Source of the DNA: Aureliella sp.
GTDB lineage: Bacteria; Planctomycetota; Planctomycetia; Pirellulales; Pirellulaceae
DNA: 64,000 nucleotides
NCBI GenBank assembly: GCA_963691875.1
Contig: OY829846.1
Span: 4,480,001 to 4,544,000, forward strand
Direction of reading: 5' to 3'
Each line of letters begins with the position of its first letter. Position 1 is the stretch's first letter. A model generated the notes under the pieces. It had not been told where the DNA came from and searched no databases. It saw only the letters and a program-made list of their open reading frames with translations. The translations under genes were made by a program, and so were the position numbers. Shown here in pieces: positions 1 to 10,406 of this stretch.

Positions 1-314
1 CAACGCGAACTTAAGCCTCTGTCTTCTGCATGCTTTCGCCCTATTTGTAGAACACTTTCACGAATGTCGATACCGACCAAGGAATGAAATCCACTTTCGG
101 CGAGCTCAATCACTCCTTCACCTGTTCCGCAGCCAAAGTCAGCGACGGAAGACGATTTTAGGCTCTCGAGTTCTTCCTCACTCAGAAGGGATTGGAGTCT
201 ATCGTGGTAGCTAACGAGATGATCGGCTCTACCAGTTTGCGTGGAGGCTGCAGGCTTACGCGGGAACATTAGTCGCAACACTTGATAGCCGATCGTTCCG
301 CCAAGACGAATCAT
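1..314 (-). CDS. Class I SAM-dependent methyltransferase (5' part; runs off left edge)
   Basis: Not in ORF track. Manual translation from ATG at 314 (ATGA overlap with upstream stop): MIRLGGTIGYQVLRLMFPRKP...VADFGCGTGEGVIELAESGFHSLVGIDIR, containing SAM motif I DxGCGxG. Confidence 0.8.
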   Translation of the reverse strand, partial: MIRLGGTIGYQVLRLMFPRKPAASTQTGRADHLVSYHDRLQSLLSEEELESLKSSSVADFGCGTGEGVIELAESGFHSLVGIDIRESVLQIGRKHAEDRGLSSR

Positions 315-1480
315 GCCTCTGGAGTACCTTCCGAATCAGGTCGACTCGCTTTCTCCCACTGAGGCGGCTGCATGTTGAACAAACCTTTGCATAGTCCAAA
401 AATAATTCCGATTTGGCTCAAGCCAAAATAGTAGACGACGGATCCAGGTTGGGACTCTCTGACGGTACGAGAAGCAAAAGTAAGGAGCAGGAGCAGTAGG
501 AAAGAGAGTTGAATGGCCGCGGCAGCGAGATAGACAGGGCCTGAAATGAGGCTTAGTGACGAAGCGAATAGGGTGAGAAACAAAAGAGGCGAACACCAGC
601 GTAGGAGCTTGTGTGAAATATACTGGCCCATCAGTACAGGCTGAGAAAGCCGAGGATAGCCAGCGCGAAACAATAGCTGCACCGCTCCTGCAGCAATTCT
701 GACCCGCCTTGAGAATTCCTGTTTTCCCGTGGGAGTACCACTCTCCGTAGCCTTTGCTGCGCTGCTGTATAGGACTCTCTTCCGAACGCGTAGGACATTC
801 ATGGATACCGCGAAATCGTCCAAGATCATGTCCTCTGGCAGTATTTGATATAGCTCGCGGTGCAGCAAATACATCCCTCCATCAACGCCCATCACACTGC
901 CAAGACGCGACTCCGCAACTTGGATTCTTCGCTCCATCCAATAGTACAAGAGCTCTCCATGTCGAAATTCTTTGCCACTATCAATCAACCTTACTTCACC
1001 TGTGACGGCTCCTGCATTGGGTTGCATGGCAGAAGAAACAAGTTCGCGCAGCGCGTTTTCTTGCAGTATCACGTTTGCGTCGGAGAAAAGCATCAGATCA
1101 TGCTCCGATGCTTCCACTAAGCGGTTCATTGTGGCTGCCTTACCAGTCCTTTCTTCCGACCGGATCAGCTTGATGTGCTCATCAATGAAGGGTTCAACTC
1201 TGGCGCTGATGCCGTCTCCACTGCCATCATCGGCAATAATCAGTTCGAGCTTGTCTTGTGGGTAATCCAGCCTCTGAAAGTTTTCAATCTTTGCCCTGAT
1301 AACGGAGGCTTCGTTGTGTGCGGGAATCAGTACGCTAACCGTCGGCAAATCTGAGTCTTCCATTTTTGATGAAAGACTTGCATCTGAAGGCTTGCCGATC
1401 AACAGGCATAGAAAGGGGTAGCCAACGTATGCATAGAAAATTAGGGCCAATGCAATCCAAAACAGCCATGCCAAGATCAT
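311..1480 (-). CDS. GT2 family glycosyltransferase with N- and C-terminal membrane segments
   Basis: VLIPAHNE, DDGS, FSDAN, DGGMY, EFSRRVRIAAG motifs. Start moved to MILAWLF at 1480 (ATGA overlap with upstream stop). Confidence 0.9.
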   Translation of the reverse strand: MILAWLFWIALALIFYAYVGYPFLCLLIGKPSDASLSSKMEDSDLPTVSVLIPAHNEASVIRAKIENFQRLDYPQDKLELIIADDGSGDGISARVEPFIDEHIKLIRSEERTGKAATMNRLVEASEHDLMLFSDANVILQENALRELVSSAMQPNAGAVTGEVRLIDSGKEFRHGELLYYWMERRIQVAESRLGSVMGVDGGMYLLHRELYQILPEDMILDDFAVSMNVLRVRKRVLYSSAAKATESGTPTGKQEFSRRVRIAAGAVQLLFRAGYPRLSQPVLMGQYISHKLLRWCSPLLFLTLFASSLSLISGPVYLAAAAIQLSFLLLLLLTFASRTVRESQPGSVVYYFGLSQIGIIFGLCKGLFNMQPPQWEKASRPDSEGTPEA

Positions 1481-2622
1481 CGTTGTGGCTTCCACACCCC
1501 GATGGTCCGACCACAGAGAAGCAAGCCGACGCCGTACGCAGCAGCGCAATTCACCAGGAAGAAGTAATAAGCGACGTAGATTGGTTTGAGATTGCGAATT
1601 CCTGGGATGATATGCATTGCAGCGCAAAGATACCCGAGACATTGAACTCCGAATGCGAGCTGATACAGCAGCCAACCTTGCATCGCTAACCAACCAGAAG
1701 TCACCAAGAGGATTGCCATAAAGAATGGCGAAAGCCAACGTAGTACTTTGTGAGCCAGCAATTGGTAGGCGAACCAGCCAACTCTAAAAGGGTTCAATGC
1801 GCTGGGTACTTTGGTGACGGCTTTCAAGCTACGATTCACAATCCGGTATTTTCGCCGGAACTCACCTTGAAAACTTGGGGCTGCATCTTCGAAGCAAACC
1901 GCTTGCCAGTCGTATACACCGCGGTAGCCCTTGGCGACTACTTTCAGGGGCAAGTAAAAGTCGTTGATGTCTTCCGCTGCAAGTGGTTCGAACAGTTCTT
2001 TGCGAAGCGCGTAAATGGCTCCATCAGCGCCAACCACGGAGCTAAGTCTGCTCTCCCAGGCCTTCATGTACAACTCGACGTTCCAATAGATGTTTTCAGA
2101 CTGGGCCGATGCACTCTGCTCAAGATTCTCGTAAAGTTGCCGGCCAACCGAGTAACCGACATTGGGATCATCAAAATGTCGCAAGAGATGCTTCATTGCA
2201 TCGGGGCGAAACATGGAGTTGGCATCAGTGAAGACTAGAATCTCGCCTTTCGCTTCGGGACAGAATTTGCTGAGTCCTGCAGACTTCCCATCTCGTTCTT
2301 CTTGGCGGCAGAGTCGTACACTTCGATCCTGATACTCTCGCACAATGTCATCAGTTCCATCATCCGAGGCATCCGAGATCACCATCACTTCGAGATGTCC
2401 TCGCGGATACTCCAACGCGAGTGCATTCTCAATCTTTTGGCGGATGAAGTCTTTCTCGTTGTACGCGCTAATTACTAGGGTCAATCCCGGTTTCGCTTCT
2501 CCGCCACGCCGTTCCTTTCGCAATCGCGACAGCAAGAAAAGTGTAGACGGATAAATTGCGAAGGGCGTTAGGAAGCAAATGGCAGAAAGCCAAAAGACGA
2601 TTTGTAAAACAGTGTCAATCAC
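1477..2622 (-). CDS. GT2 family glycosyltransferase (paralog of 311-1480)
   Basis: VISAYNE, SDASDDGT, FTDAN, GADGAIYALR, EFRRKYRI motifs. Confidence 0.9.
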   Translation of the reverse strand: MIDTVLQIVFWLSAICFLTPFAIYPSTLFLLSRLRKERRGGEAKPGLTLVISAYNEKDFIRQKIENALALEYPRGHLEVMVISDASDDGTDDIVREYQDRSVRLCRQEERDGKSAGLSKFCPEAKGEILVFTDANSMFRPDAMKHLLRHFDDPNVGYSVGRQLYENLEQSASAQSENIYWNVELYMKAWESRLSSVVGADGAIYALRKELFEPLAAEDINDFYLPLKVVAKGYRGVYDWQAVCFEDAAPSFQGEFRRKYRIVNRSLKAVTKVPSALNPFRVGWFAYQLLAHKVLRWLSPFFMAILLVTSGWLAMQGWLLYQLAFGVQCLGYLCAAMHIIPGIRNLKPIYVAYYFFLVNCAAAYGVGLLLCGRTIGVWKPQR

Positions 2623-3629
2623 TTGGTTGAATCTGGAAAGTCATATTGTAAATCTACAGCCGACAGCAACTTGTCTCTCGTGTATGCCCATTTTTCGATG
2701 CGTTTAACGCGTCCACGGCTGGCCCCCTCTCGGTAGCTCGTATCGGATAGACCTCTTTGAATTGCTGCTGCGATACCTTCGGCCGAATTGTCAACGAACA
2801 AAGCACCTTCGGTAAAGGCAGCCCTGAGGCAGGGCCAATCTGAGACGACTACAGGAGTGGACTGGTAGATTGCTTCCCAAGCACCGCGAAGCATGGTGTG
2901 GTCGCGAGTGGTCAGCGACATGACCAAATCCGCGTTCGAAATGAGGTCACCATATTCCTCGTCTGAAATAAAACCGGTCAAATGCAAGTTTCTTGAGCGC
3001 TGATCGACAAGCCCTGCGTCGAGATTCTTCGCGTTTCCTGTGATGTAAAAGTTGACGTCAGGTAGCAGTCTCGCTGCGGCAAAAATCTCTCCAATGGGCT
3101 CATCAGGGTTGAAAGAGCAGACAGCGGCGATTGAGGGGCCATCTGCGGTGGGGTAGTTTTCGCCCTCACCATAAATGATAGGAACGTCTTTGACCAACGT
3201 GGTATGGCCTCCATGGCTGCTTACAAGTTCAGCTAGACCTTCATTGTGAACGATGTTGGTGGCAGCGCGCCGTTCCAGGAATCGCTGCAGCCATTGAAAA
3301 CGTTTCCACCTGGGATGGCTAAATGCGGCCGTGTGACAATCAAGTACGAATGGGCGCCTTGTGGCAATCCAATACAGAAAGGCTGGGAGAACTGCGAATA
3401 TTGGAGGCGACATAATGAATACGGCTTTCGGCCGTGTTCGCAAAAGCACCCAACAGGTCATACAAAACTGGCCAAAGTACTTGAACAGAATCGTTGCAGG
3501 ATGACTTCCCAACCAGCCGAGGTAAATCATGCGCGACTCACCACCTAGCCCGCGGGCCGTGTGGTCGCTACGACTGCACGACTCTGCCCACGAAATGTAG
3601 AGTACGCCCGAGTTTACGTTTTCTGCCAT
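2619..3629 (-). CDS. GT-B fold glycosyltransferase (GT4-like)
   Basis: LDCHT, DEPIGEIFAAARLLPDVNFYITG, AWEAIYQSTPVVVSD; coupled to neighbours in the operon. Confidence 0.75.
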   Translation of the reverse strand: MAENVNSGVLYISWAESCSRSDHTARGLGGESRMIYLGWLGSHPATILFKYFGQFCMTCWVLLRTRPKAVFIMSPPIFAVLPAFLYWIATRRPFVLDCHTAAFSHPRWKRFQWLQRFLERRAATNIVHNEGLAELVSSHGGHTTLVKDVPIIYGEGENYPTADGPSIAAVCSFNPDEPIGEIFAAARLLPDVNFYITGNAKNLDAGLVDQRSRNLHLTGFISDEEYGDLISNADLVMSLTTRDHTMLRGAWEAIYQSTPVVVSDWPCLRAAFTEGALFVDNSAEGIAAAIQRGLSDTSYREGASRGRVKRIEKWAYTRDKLLSAVDLQYDFPDSTK

Positions 3630-3632
3630 GAG

Positions 3633-4931
3633 CTAACTAGCTTCTGCCGTTTCGAGCTGTGGTGCAACCAAGTCCTTGCGCAGGTCGAGAATATGTCCCT
3701 CGTATTCCTGCCAGCCGGCTAATCTGTCGACCGTTGAAGTTGCGACAATTAGGAGTTCAGCGTGGTCGAGAATTTCTGGCGCATCATTGCATAAGAGTCG
3801 GGCGAGGTGCGGGAGATGCTCGTCGATATAGTGCAAATTCGAACCCACCAATTCCGTAACACGCACGTCGGGGTCAAAAATCTTGATCTCGTACCCTTGC
3901 CCCAGTAGTGATTCTGCGAGCCGAACCTGCGGGCTCTCTCGCAGATCGTCCGTACCAGCCTTGAAACTTAGTCCAACCAAGCCAATCTTTCTTGTTCCGG
4001 ATTGCTGAATGAGTCTCAGTGCACGTTCCAAATGCGAATCATTCGAAGGCAATATGGAGCGAAGTAAATTGCATTGTTGAGCTTCTTGTTCAGCATAGCG
4101 CGAAAGAGCTCTCACGTCTTTGGGAAGGCAAGAACCGCCGAAAGCAAAACCAGGGCGGAGATACGCTTTCGATACGTTGAGTTGCGTATCGCGGCAAGCT
4201 ACTTCCATCACTCGTTGGCCGTCTGCCCCAAAAGATTTCGAAAGTGCGCCAATCTCATTGGCAAAGGCGATCTTTAAAGCATGATAGGCGTTGCCCGTGT
4301 ACTTCACCATCGACGCTTCACGGGTAGTCGTGACTATCTTTTCGCAGTCAAGATTTGCATACAACTGCAACGCAGTTTCGGCCGCCGTGTCGTCATTTGC
4401 ACCAACTAGTACAAACGGTGGATTATCGTAGTCCTTGATCGCAGTCGTCTCACGCAGGAATTCTGGATTATTGCAAAGGAATACGTCTCGGCCCACAACA
4501 AGACCCGATTCTTCTGCTAGCACTGGTTCAAGGACCTCTTCTAGCACGCCTGGCAACAGAGTGGATCTAACAACCACCGTGTAAGGCCGCTCGAGCGAAC
4601 GCAGACAACTCCCAATGCTGGCCGTGACCCGCTTGACAACGTCAAAGTTAACGCTGCCGTCAGCTGAGGAAGGAGTGCCCACCGCAATCAAAGCAACATC
4701 GGACTCCTCTACGGCAACCGCGATGTCTGTAGTCGCTCTCAAGCTACCGGAAGCAACTTGCTGTTTTAACAGTTCTTCCAATCCAGGTTCAAAAACTGGT
4801 GAAATCCCCGAATTGATGGAATTCACTTTCTTGGAATCGACATCGATTCCAATGACTTCGTTTCCATCGCGAGCGAGGCACGTCGCCGTAACACAGCCCA
4901 CGTATCCCATGCCAACTACCGCAATACGCAT
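3633..4931 (-). CDS. algD: Nucleotide-sugar 6-dehydrogenase, GDP-mannose dehydrogenase (AlgD)-like
   Basis: GMGYVG Rossmann motif, NPEFLRE, catalytic RPGFAFGGSCLPKDVRAL, GLSFKAGTDDLRESP. Family secure, exact substrate inferred. Confidence 0.85.
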   Translation of the reverse strand: MRIAVVGMGYVGCVTATCLARDGNEVIGIDVDSKKVNSINSGISPVFEPGLEELLKQQVASGSLRATTDIAVAVEESDVALIAVGTPSSADGSVNFDVVKRVTASIGSCLRSLERPYTVVVRSTLLPGVLEEVLEPVLAEESGLVVGRDVFLCNNPEFLRETTAIKDYDNPPFVLVGANDDTAAETALQLYANLDCEKIVTTTREASMVKYTGNAYHALKIAFANEIGALSKSFGADGQRVMEVACRDTQLNVSKAYLRPGFAFGGSCLPKDVRALSRYAEQEAQQCNLLRSILPSNDSHLERALRLIQQSGTRKIGLVGLSFKAGTDDLRESPQVRLAESLLGQGYEIKIFDPDVRVTELVGSNLHYIDEHLPHLARLLCNDAPEILDHAELLIVATSTVDRLAGWQEYEGHILDLRKDLVAPQLETAEAS

Positions 4932-4997
4932 AGTGATTTTTCCTTTGTCGCCTGATTGCAGGAAATCAGAAATAGAGTTGATCTTTTGGCTTGCAAA

Positions 4998-5993
4998 CTA
5001 ACGTCGCAAACGCGTTCTCACCTTGTGGAGATTGTCTTTCCAATAGTCGGTGAAACGCCACTTTCCTAATTCGCTCAATGCTTTCCAGTACGTGTGTGTT
5101 AGCCAGCCGCTTTCCTTGCCAGCTTCGGCCACACTCGTTTCGTACCCATGTTTTTCCAACTCACTGAATGCTATGGAATCATAGACTTTGCGTTGGGACG
5201 ATGAGTATTGATTAACCCATTTATTGCTATTTCCAAGTTTGATGTTAGGAAGCATCTCGTCTGTCAAGCTGGCCCGCAATGTGCCAGGCTCAGCGTCAAC
5301 GTCAAGGAAGCTTGCTAAGTTCATGAAAACTTCAACTGGTTCATCAAGGAAGTCTTCGTAACGGATATAGAACAACTGCTTATCGCTGAGGCTTGCGGCG
5401 AAATCATCGCCAGCTCGCATTACCTCACGCCAGTCATGAGCTGCCGAGAACATATTTTTCGGACCGAAATGAATGTGCTTTAGTGAAAGAGCGACATCCC
5501 TCCCATCCCGCACGACGTAGACGAATTGAGCTTCGGGGAACAGGTTATGGATTGAGGCCATATCGTGTATGTAACCAGGTGTCTTGTCACCCCAGCGATC
5601 CATCTTGAGATGTTTCGCAAAAGTCGAAAAAATGGCTCGGAGAAGTCCTGAATAACTGCGTTCTTCGATCGCCTGAAAGACCTGCTCTTCTGTGACGTTG
5701 AAGTCGCCAAATTTGCGGCTTCTTTTAAACCAACGCTCGGCGAGAATAGAGCGAATCAACGAACGCAAATTGCGGTCGTCGCTCAAGTCTCCATAGTTAT
5801 CGAGACTGCTTAGGAATCTGAGGATGAATTGGCTTTCGGTGCCGAAGGCGATTCCTAAATGCTGTCGCATTAGTGCAGCAATAATCGAAGTGCCACTTCG
5901 ACCATGTCCGAACAGGATTACCGGGGGACCTTCCCCTGTTGCGAGAGGTTCACTCGGAAAAGCATCCATTGGATTAGTCATAGCTATACTCAT
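4998..5993 (-). CDS. PAPS-dependent sulfotransferase (Sulfotransfer_3-like)
   Basis: 5'-PSB motif GHGRSGTS, RWGDKTP, 3'-PB motif VRDGRDVALS, IRYEDF. Confidence 0.9.
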   Translation of the reverse strand: MSIAMTNPMDAFPSEPLATGEGPPVILFGHGRSGTSIIAALMRQHLGIAFGTESQFILRFLSSLDNYGDLSDDRNLRSLIRSILAERWFKRSRKFGDFNVTEEQVFQAIEERSYSGLLRAIFSTFAKHLKMDRWGDKTPGYIHDMASIHNLFPEAQFVYVVRDGRDVALSLKHIHFGPKNMFSAAHDWREVMRAGDDFAASLSDKQLFYIRYEDFLDEPVEVFMNLASFLDVDAEPGTLRASLTDEMLPNIKLGNSNKWVNQYSSSQRKVYDSIAFSELEKHGYETSVAEAGKESGWLTHTYWKALSELGKWRFTDYWKDNLHKVRTRLRR

Positions 5994-6013
5994 CTCAGTG
6001 CCGGGCCTCTGGA

Positions 6014-7207
6014 TTAGTCCTTTGCCTCCTCTAGTAACTGTGCAAACCGCTGCGCGACACTAGTCCATGTTCGCTCTTTCATTTTTTCAGAGATGTAAAC
6101 GCGATCCCAATTGCGACCCAGGCCCTCGCATATTCCGACACTTGCGGCCTCACTACTGCGTTCTGGGAGGAGGATCCCCAGCTGGTTATCCGCCAATTCA
6201 TCCGGTATCCCACCGACAGGGGTAGCCATGGAGGGCGTACCGGAAGCGAGTGCTTCGAGTAGAACGTTGGGTGAGCCTTCGCTGGCGGACATAAGCCCAA
6301 ATAGATCTGCGGAATTAAACCACAGTACTAACTCGTCGTGAGGACATGGACCGGGAAGCAGGACGTGGTTCTGTAAGGCTAGTTCTTCAATTTTGGTTTG
6401 CAATGCACTAGTGTTGTCTCTTCCGAACCTTCCCGCCCTTCCAACAATTACAAGCAGAACATCAGGATATTTTGCTATGACCGAAGGCAATGCCTCCAGT
6501 AGAAGCTCGAATCCCTTGCGCGGAATCATTTCACCAACCGACAAGATGATTTTACGGTCTGCTGGAAGCTTCAAGCGCGCCCGACATTCGGACTGAGATA
6601 GCAACTGGAACTTGCTCGAATCAATTCCATTTGCCAATACCGTTGTTTTTTCGGGAGCCGCTCGATTGGCAAGCATTGCGTCAGCGATTTCGCGGCTCAC
6701 CCCTATGCATTTTGAACTCCGGGATAATGCCCAGCGAATCCGATCTCCTACAACCGGGTGATTCGGAAAGCTGAGCATGTCCTCGCCGCGGCCTGTCATG
6801 GTAACGGGCTTGGCAAAATGTGCTGCCAGCTTGGCAGCCACTACTCCACTTGGGTAGACAAAATGTGAATCGATTAGGTCAAAATCAAAGTCTTTTCGTA
6901 GTTTCTTGGCCAGTGGAAGAACACTGCGGTACATCAATTCGCTGTGGAAGTATCCGCCAATTTTCGGGGGAAGAAGGTAGCGCGGGTAATGTACCTCCAA
7001 GCCTTCGATTTCGGCCTGCGTTGGAACTTGAGACCACTTATGCCACGACTTAAATATCGGAATTGGCGGAAACCACGGCACGGGAGCTATTACCTTAACT
7101 TTAAACTGGTCTAGCTCGGAAAGTGCCTTGATTCTTTCCTTAACAAATACACCTCTGTTGGGATCAACAGGTGAAGGGAAGGTCGCACTGATTACAAGTA
7201 TTCGCAT
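6014..7207 (-). CDS. GT4 family glycosyltransferase
   Basis: GVFVKER, HFVYPSG, NGID, RKGF, EGSPNVLLEA (EX7E). Confidence 0.9.
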   Translation of the reverse strand: MRILVISATFPSPVDPNRGVFVKERIKALSELDQFKVKVIAPVPWFPPIPIFKSWHKWSQVPTQAEIEGLEVHYPRYLLPPKIGGYFHSELMYRSVLPLAKKLRKDFDFDLIDSHFVYPSGVVAAKLAAHFAKPVTMTGRGEDMLSFPNHPVVGDRIRWALSRSSKCIGVSREIADAMLANRAAPEKTTVLANGIDSSKFQLLSQSECRARLKLPADRKIILSVGEMIPRKGFELLLEALPSVIAKYPDVLLVIVGRAGRFGRDNTSALQTKIEELALQNHVLLPGPCPHDELVLWFNSADLFGLMSASEGSPNVLLEALASGTPSMATPVGGIPDELADNQLGILLPERSSEAASVGICEGLGRNWDRVYISEKMKERTWTSVAQRFAQLLEEAKD

Positions 7208-7231
7208 TGGATAATCAGGATTTAATTGGGG

Positions 7232-9295
7232 CTAGTGCACGAAAGTTTGCCAGTTGCAATCACCGTGCGTCCAAGAGGTTAACAGCCTCTCAGGAGCCAT
7301 TTCGGGCCCGGCCACAAGGCCATTGATCGCAACCGAAAGTTCCTCACGATGACACTTCCCGATGAAAGTCAAAGAAAGATGAATCCCTTCGACCTCCTGT
7401 TGGATTTGCAGTCGAGTTCCGGGTTCTTGCAGACCGTATCCGGGGCAACGCCAAGCTTCTGGCCGCATCGATTCTGCTAAGTCAAATATCGTCGAGGCAG
7501 ATGGCGAACTAGACCATCTTTCAATTACGATGGCGCCCCATTGAGCTAGGGTTGCTGTTGAGTCATTGTTCTCATTTGCTCCCGACGGAAGTTGCCAGTA
7601 CCAAGAGCAGGCTCTTGGTGTATCTGTTTTCAAGAGATCTGCTACCCAAATGCCAGTACCCGGCTTTCCAAGAATGCATCGTTGGTGAGTAACTTCTGGC
7701 CACTCCAGAGTGCCGCTGCACATCCAAACATCATTTGATAAATCTGCTGTTATTAGCGGTCGAGCTACCTCACGCGACCAAGCTAAACGTCCCTCGGAAC
7801 GGACCAATTCAGCGCCGCTGATTTCAACCGTATTGTGGGCTGCTTGCGAACGGAAGTGACGAATCCATTCTGGATCCCCGTTATAAAACGGAATCCCACT
7901 GTCCTCGAGGACCTGATCGTCGCCACTGAAATAGAGGAGCTGCAAGGTATCGGCATGGCCGTGAGCAGTCGACGGAGTTGCATCTGGGAAAAGCCCCTTG
8001 GCAATTGGTCCAGCGTCGAAGAGCATCCAGTCCTTTTCGTCGCTAGCCAATACATAGCCAGAATCCTCCAGCACCTTTAGCTTAGGACTGCAGTGTGAAG
8101 TTTCACTGCGAAGCGAAGTCCAAGTGCGAACTCCGTCGTGACCAAAGAGGGCTTTCAATTCCTCTCCTGGTTCGTCGCCTTGAGCAGCCAGGGAAGGATC
8201 TTCAAATAGCAGAGCCGCGGCGTGGTTGAGACCGTCGAAATTCCAAAGGTCAGTACCATGCACCGGCAAAGCTCGCGCCGAGTCTAAGTCTCCGACATAG
8301 GGCCACCGGCCGTTCGGACGACGAAAGCTTAGCCCAGTTTGAAAAGCGTTGTGTACTACTGGTTCGATTTCCTCAATCGGTTGGGAGAATCTTCTGGCAG
8401 CTATCAAAGCGAGCGTCAAGAAACCAAGTGTGTAATAATGATAGCTCATTGCCTGCTCGACACAGAAGCCATCTTCATAAAACTGTTGCGGGCCGTATGT
8501 GACAAGTGCCTTGCGAGCCTGGGATTTCCACGCGAGTGCATGCTGGTGTTCAGCGAGGATTTCGCTGAGCATGTACAAAGCACTTGATTCTCCGATCAAA
8601 TGGTTGTACGGACTGGAGTAATACGAGAAGTGATGCGTGAGGTAGTGGGCATGGTCTGCAAGAGACTTCACAATCTTGTCGAGTCGTGCTTTTGTCGCCT
8701 TCGTATGCCCGATCTTGGATAGAGTGAAAACCCAGGAGATGGCGCGCATCGCGACTTCTAAGCCACTTGTCCAATTCACACCTTCATAGAGCGGATTCTG
8801 GTCAATCCAGTCTTCCCAAATCTGGCAGACGTGTACTCCCGCCGACTCCAGGTCCGGAGCATCTTTTTGATGGAGTAGATGAAGGAAGAATTGGTGTCTT
8901 GATAACTCCCATGGGTATTTGATGTCCGCCCCGTTTTCCAAGTTGTAGAGCTTCAAGTCTGCGTAGAATTTTCGCGGCCAGCCGTACCCAGAACGCGGAT
9001 CTGTGTGCCAGTCGATTTCTCCAGAAAGATCAAACTCGTGCCCCAAGAGAACAAAGTGACACGGGTCTTGGTTGGAAGTGAATGCTGCATCGTGTTCCGC
9101 CCAATCCTGCGCCAAACCAGGGCAAAGTGTCTCCGCCCGGGAAAGGACTCGGGCAAAGTCAAGTGGCTGGTTCGCCCATTCCCGACTACCTGTTCGCCAT
9201 GCTTTTCGTTCTTTCGATGCGTGGAGTTTATGCGCAAGCCGCTGCTTGATCTCACGCGGTGTCATTCGGCGCAACTTGGCTAATTTGGCATACAT
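7232..9295 (-). CDS. Heparinase II/III-like (alginate-lyase fold) protein
   Basis: DIKYPWELSRHQF, GVNWTSGLEVAMR, YNHLIGE, EQAMSYHYY, AHGHADTL, FRSQAAHNTV. Start set at MYAKLAK. Confidence 0.85.
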   Translation of the reverse strand: MYAKLAKLRRMTPREIKQRLAHKLHASKERKAWRTGSREWANQPLDFARVLSRAETLCPGLAQDWAEHDAAFTSNQDPCHFVLLGHEFDLSGEIDWHTDPRSGYGWPRKFYADLKLYNLENGADIKYPWELSRHQFFLHLLHQKDAPDLESAGVHVCQIWEDWIDQNPLYEGVNWTSGLEVAMRAISWVFTLSKIGHTKATKARLDKIVKSLADHAHYLTHHFSYYSSPYNHLIGESSALYMLSEILAEHQHALAWKSQARKALVTYGPQQFYEDGFCVEQAMSYHYYTLGFLTLALIAARRFSQPIEEIEPVVHNAFQTGLSFRRPNGRWPYVGDLDSARALPVHGTDLWNFDGLNHAAALLFEDPSLAAQGDEPGEELKALFGHDGVRTWTSLRSETSHCSPKLKVLEDSGYVLASDEKDWMLFDAGPIAKGLFPDATPSTAHGHADTLQLLYFSGDDQVLEDSGIPFYNGDPEWIRHFRSQAAHNTVEISGAELVRSEGRLAWSREVARPLITADLSNDVWMCSGTLEWPEVTHQRCILGKPGTGIWVADLLKTDTPRACSWYWQLPSGANENNDSTATLAQWGAIVIERWSSSPSASTIFDLAESMRPEAWRCPGYGLQEPGTRLQIQQEVEGIHLSLTFIGKCHREELSVAINGLVAGPEMAPERLLTSWTHGDCNWQTFVH

Positions 9296-9444
9296 GGTGC
9301 AGTTAGTCGCTTGTATAGATAGTCTGCGACATCCCCAATTGCACCCCACTCCAAAACGGAAACTGATCCATCATGCGAGACCCGACTTCACAGTGTTTCT
9401 TGCCCGGGGTGCAACCTTAGATAGCCCCGTGAGGCAGATCGAAT

Positions 9445-10158
9445 CTATTCCGGGCTCGGGGGATAATGCAGAGCTAGAGTGTCGTGTCCAATCCGAATCA
9501 GCTTGTATCCATGCTTAACAAGCAAGTTAATGCACGAAACTCGATCTGCAGCATTTAGGTGAAGGTGTTCGTATCGTATAAGTCTTGGTATGGGCAAACT
9601 ACTATTGAACGCCATCTTCAGGATTTCAAAATCAAAACCCTCGGTATCCACAATGAGCAAGTCTAGATGTGTAATCTCATATTTCTTAATTAATGTCGGA
9701 AAAGAGATGGTTTGGATTTGATGTTCCAAGATTGCAGAGGAAGCCGTTGTTTTTTCAAGCTGTTCCCGATCGAGCGAGGCCAACTGGCTCGAACGCTCGA
9801 CCGAGAAAAGAGTCTGTACTCCATCCGCATTTGCAAGGGCTGCGTTGCAGAAACTAAGTTGCTGTTCGTCCTTGTAGTTCTCAACCAATGTTCTGAAGAT
9901 ATCTGTTTGCGGTTCCAAAAGTAGCCCGCGCCAATGATGAAGCTTCACGAGCTTGTGAATTGGGTCACTTGAACATCCATCGTGTGCCCCGATCTGCATG
10001 AAGTAAAAATCAGAATTCTGGCGAAACACTGTATCTAGCAACACGGCGAATATGTCGAGTTCGTGTTCGTTGTAGCTGACCTTGCGCTCAATATGATAGC
10101 CACGGCTATTCGCAATACGATTCAGAAGTTTCTTGATCTTTTCCGTGAAGCTTACCAT
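9445..10158 (-). CDS. FkbM family methyltransferase
   Basis: QIGAHDG, LLEP, LLIVDTEGFDFEIL, IRYEHLHL. Start uncertain (10158 vs 10263). Confidence 0.85.
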   Translation of the reverse strand: MVSFTEKIKKLLNRIANSRGYHIERKVSYNEHELDIFAVLLDTVFRQNSDFYFMQIGAHDGCSSDPIHKLVKLHHWRGLLLEPQTDIFRTLVENYKDEQQLSFCNAALANADGVQTLFSVERSSQLASLDREQLEKTTASSAILEHQIQTISFPTLIKKYEITHLDLLIVDTEGFDFEILKMAFNSSLPIPRLIRYEHLHLNAADRVSCINLLVKHGYKLIRIGHDTLALHYPPSPE

Positions 10159-10406
10159 CGAATGGGTCCAGGCTAGTCTGGCCAGATGAATACCTGATTC
10201 TCTCATGACCGGTGTATCAGAAAATGGGAGCGGCTCATTCCATGGTAGCACTTTATAACTCATGGATCAGATTTTGGGGAGCACGCCATCCGAATGCAAC
10301 ATTGTGTTGCTACGTGAGCTGATCGCAATATTCGAGAAATTCTGCGATTTCGGAATGATCACTCTTACCACGAATCTCGGATGAATAGTAACGCCATATC
10401 GAAGCA

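Noticed and set aside
1481..1738. N-terminal extension of the 475-aa GT2 ORF
   Set aside because: It overlaps the upstream GT2 gene. The ATGA-coupled start at 1480 gives a normal protein.
10264..10406. Possible gene remnant between GT61 and FkbM
   Set aside because: Translations look protein-like, but I could not match them to any family.
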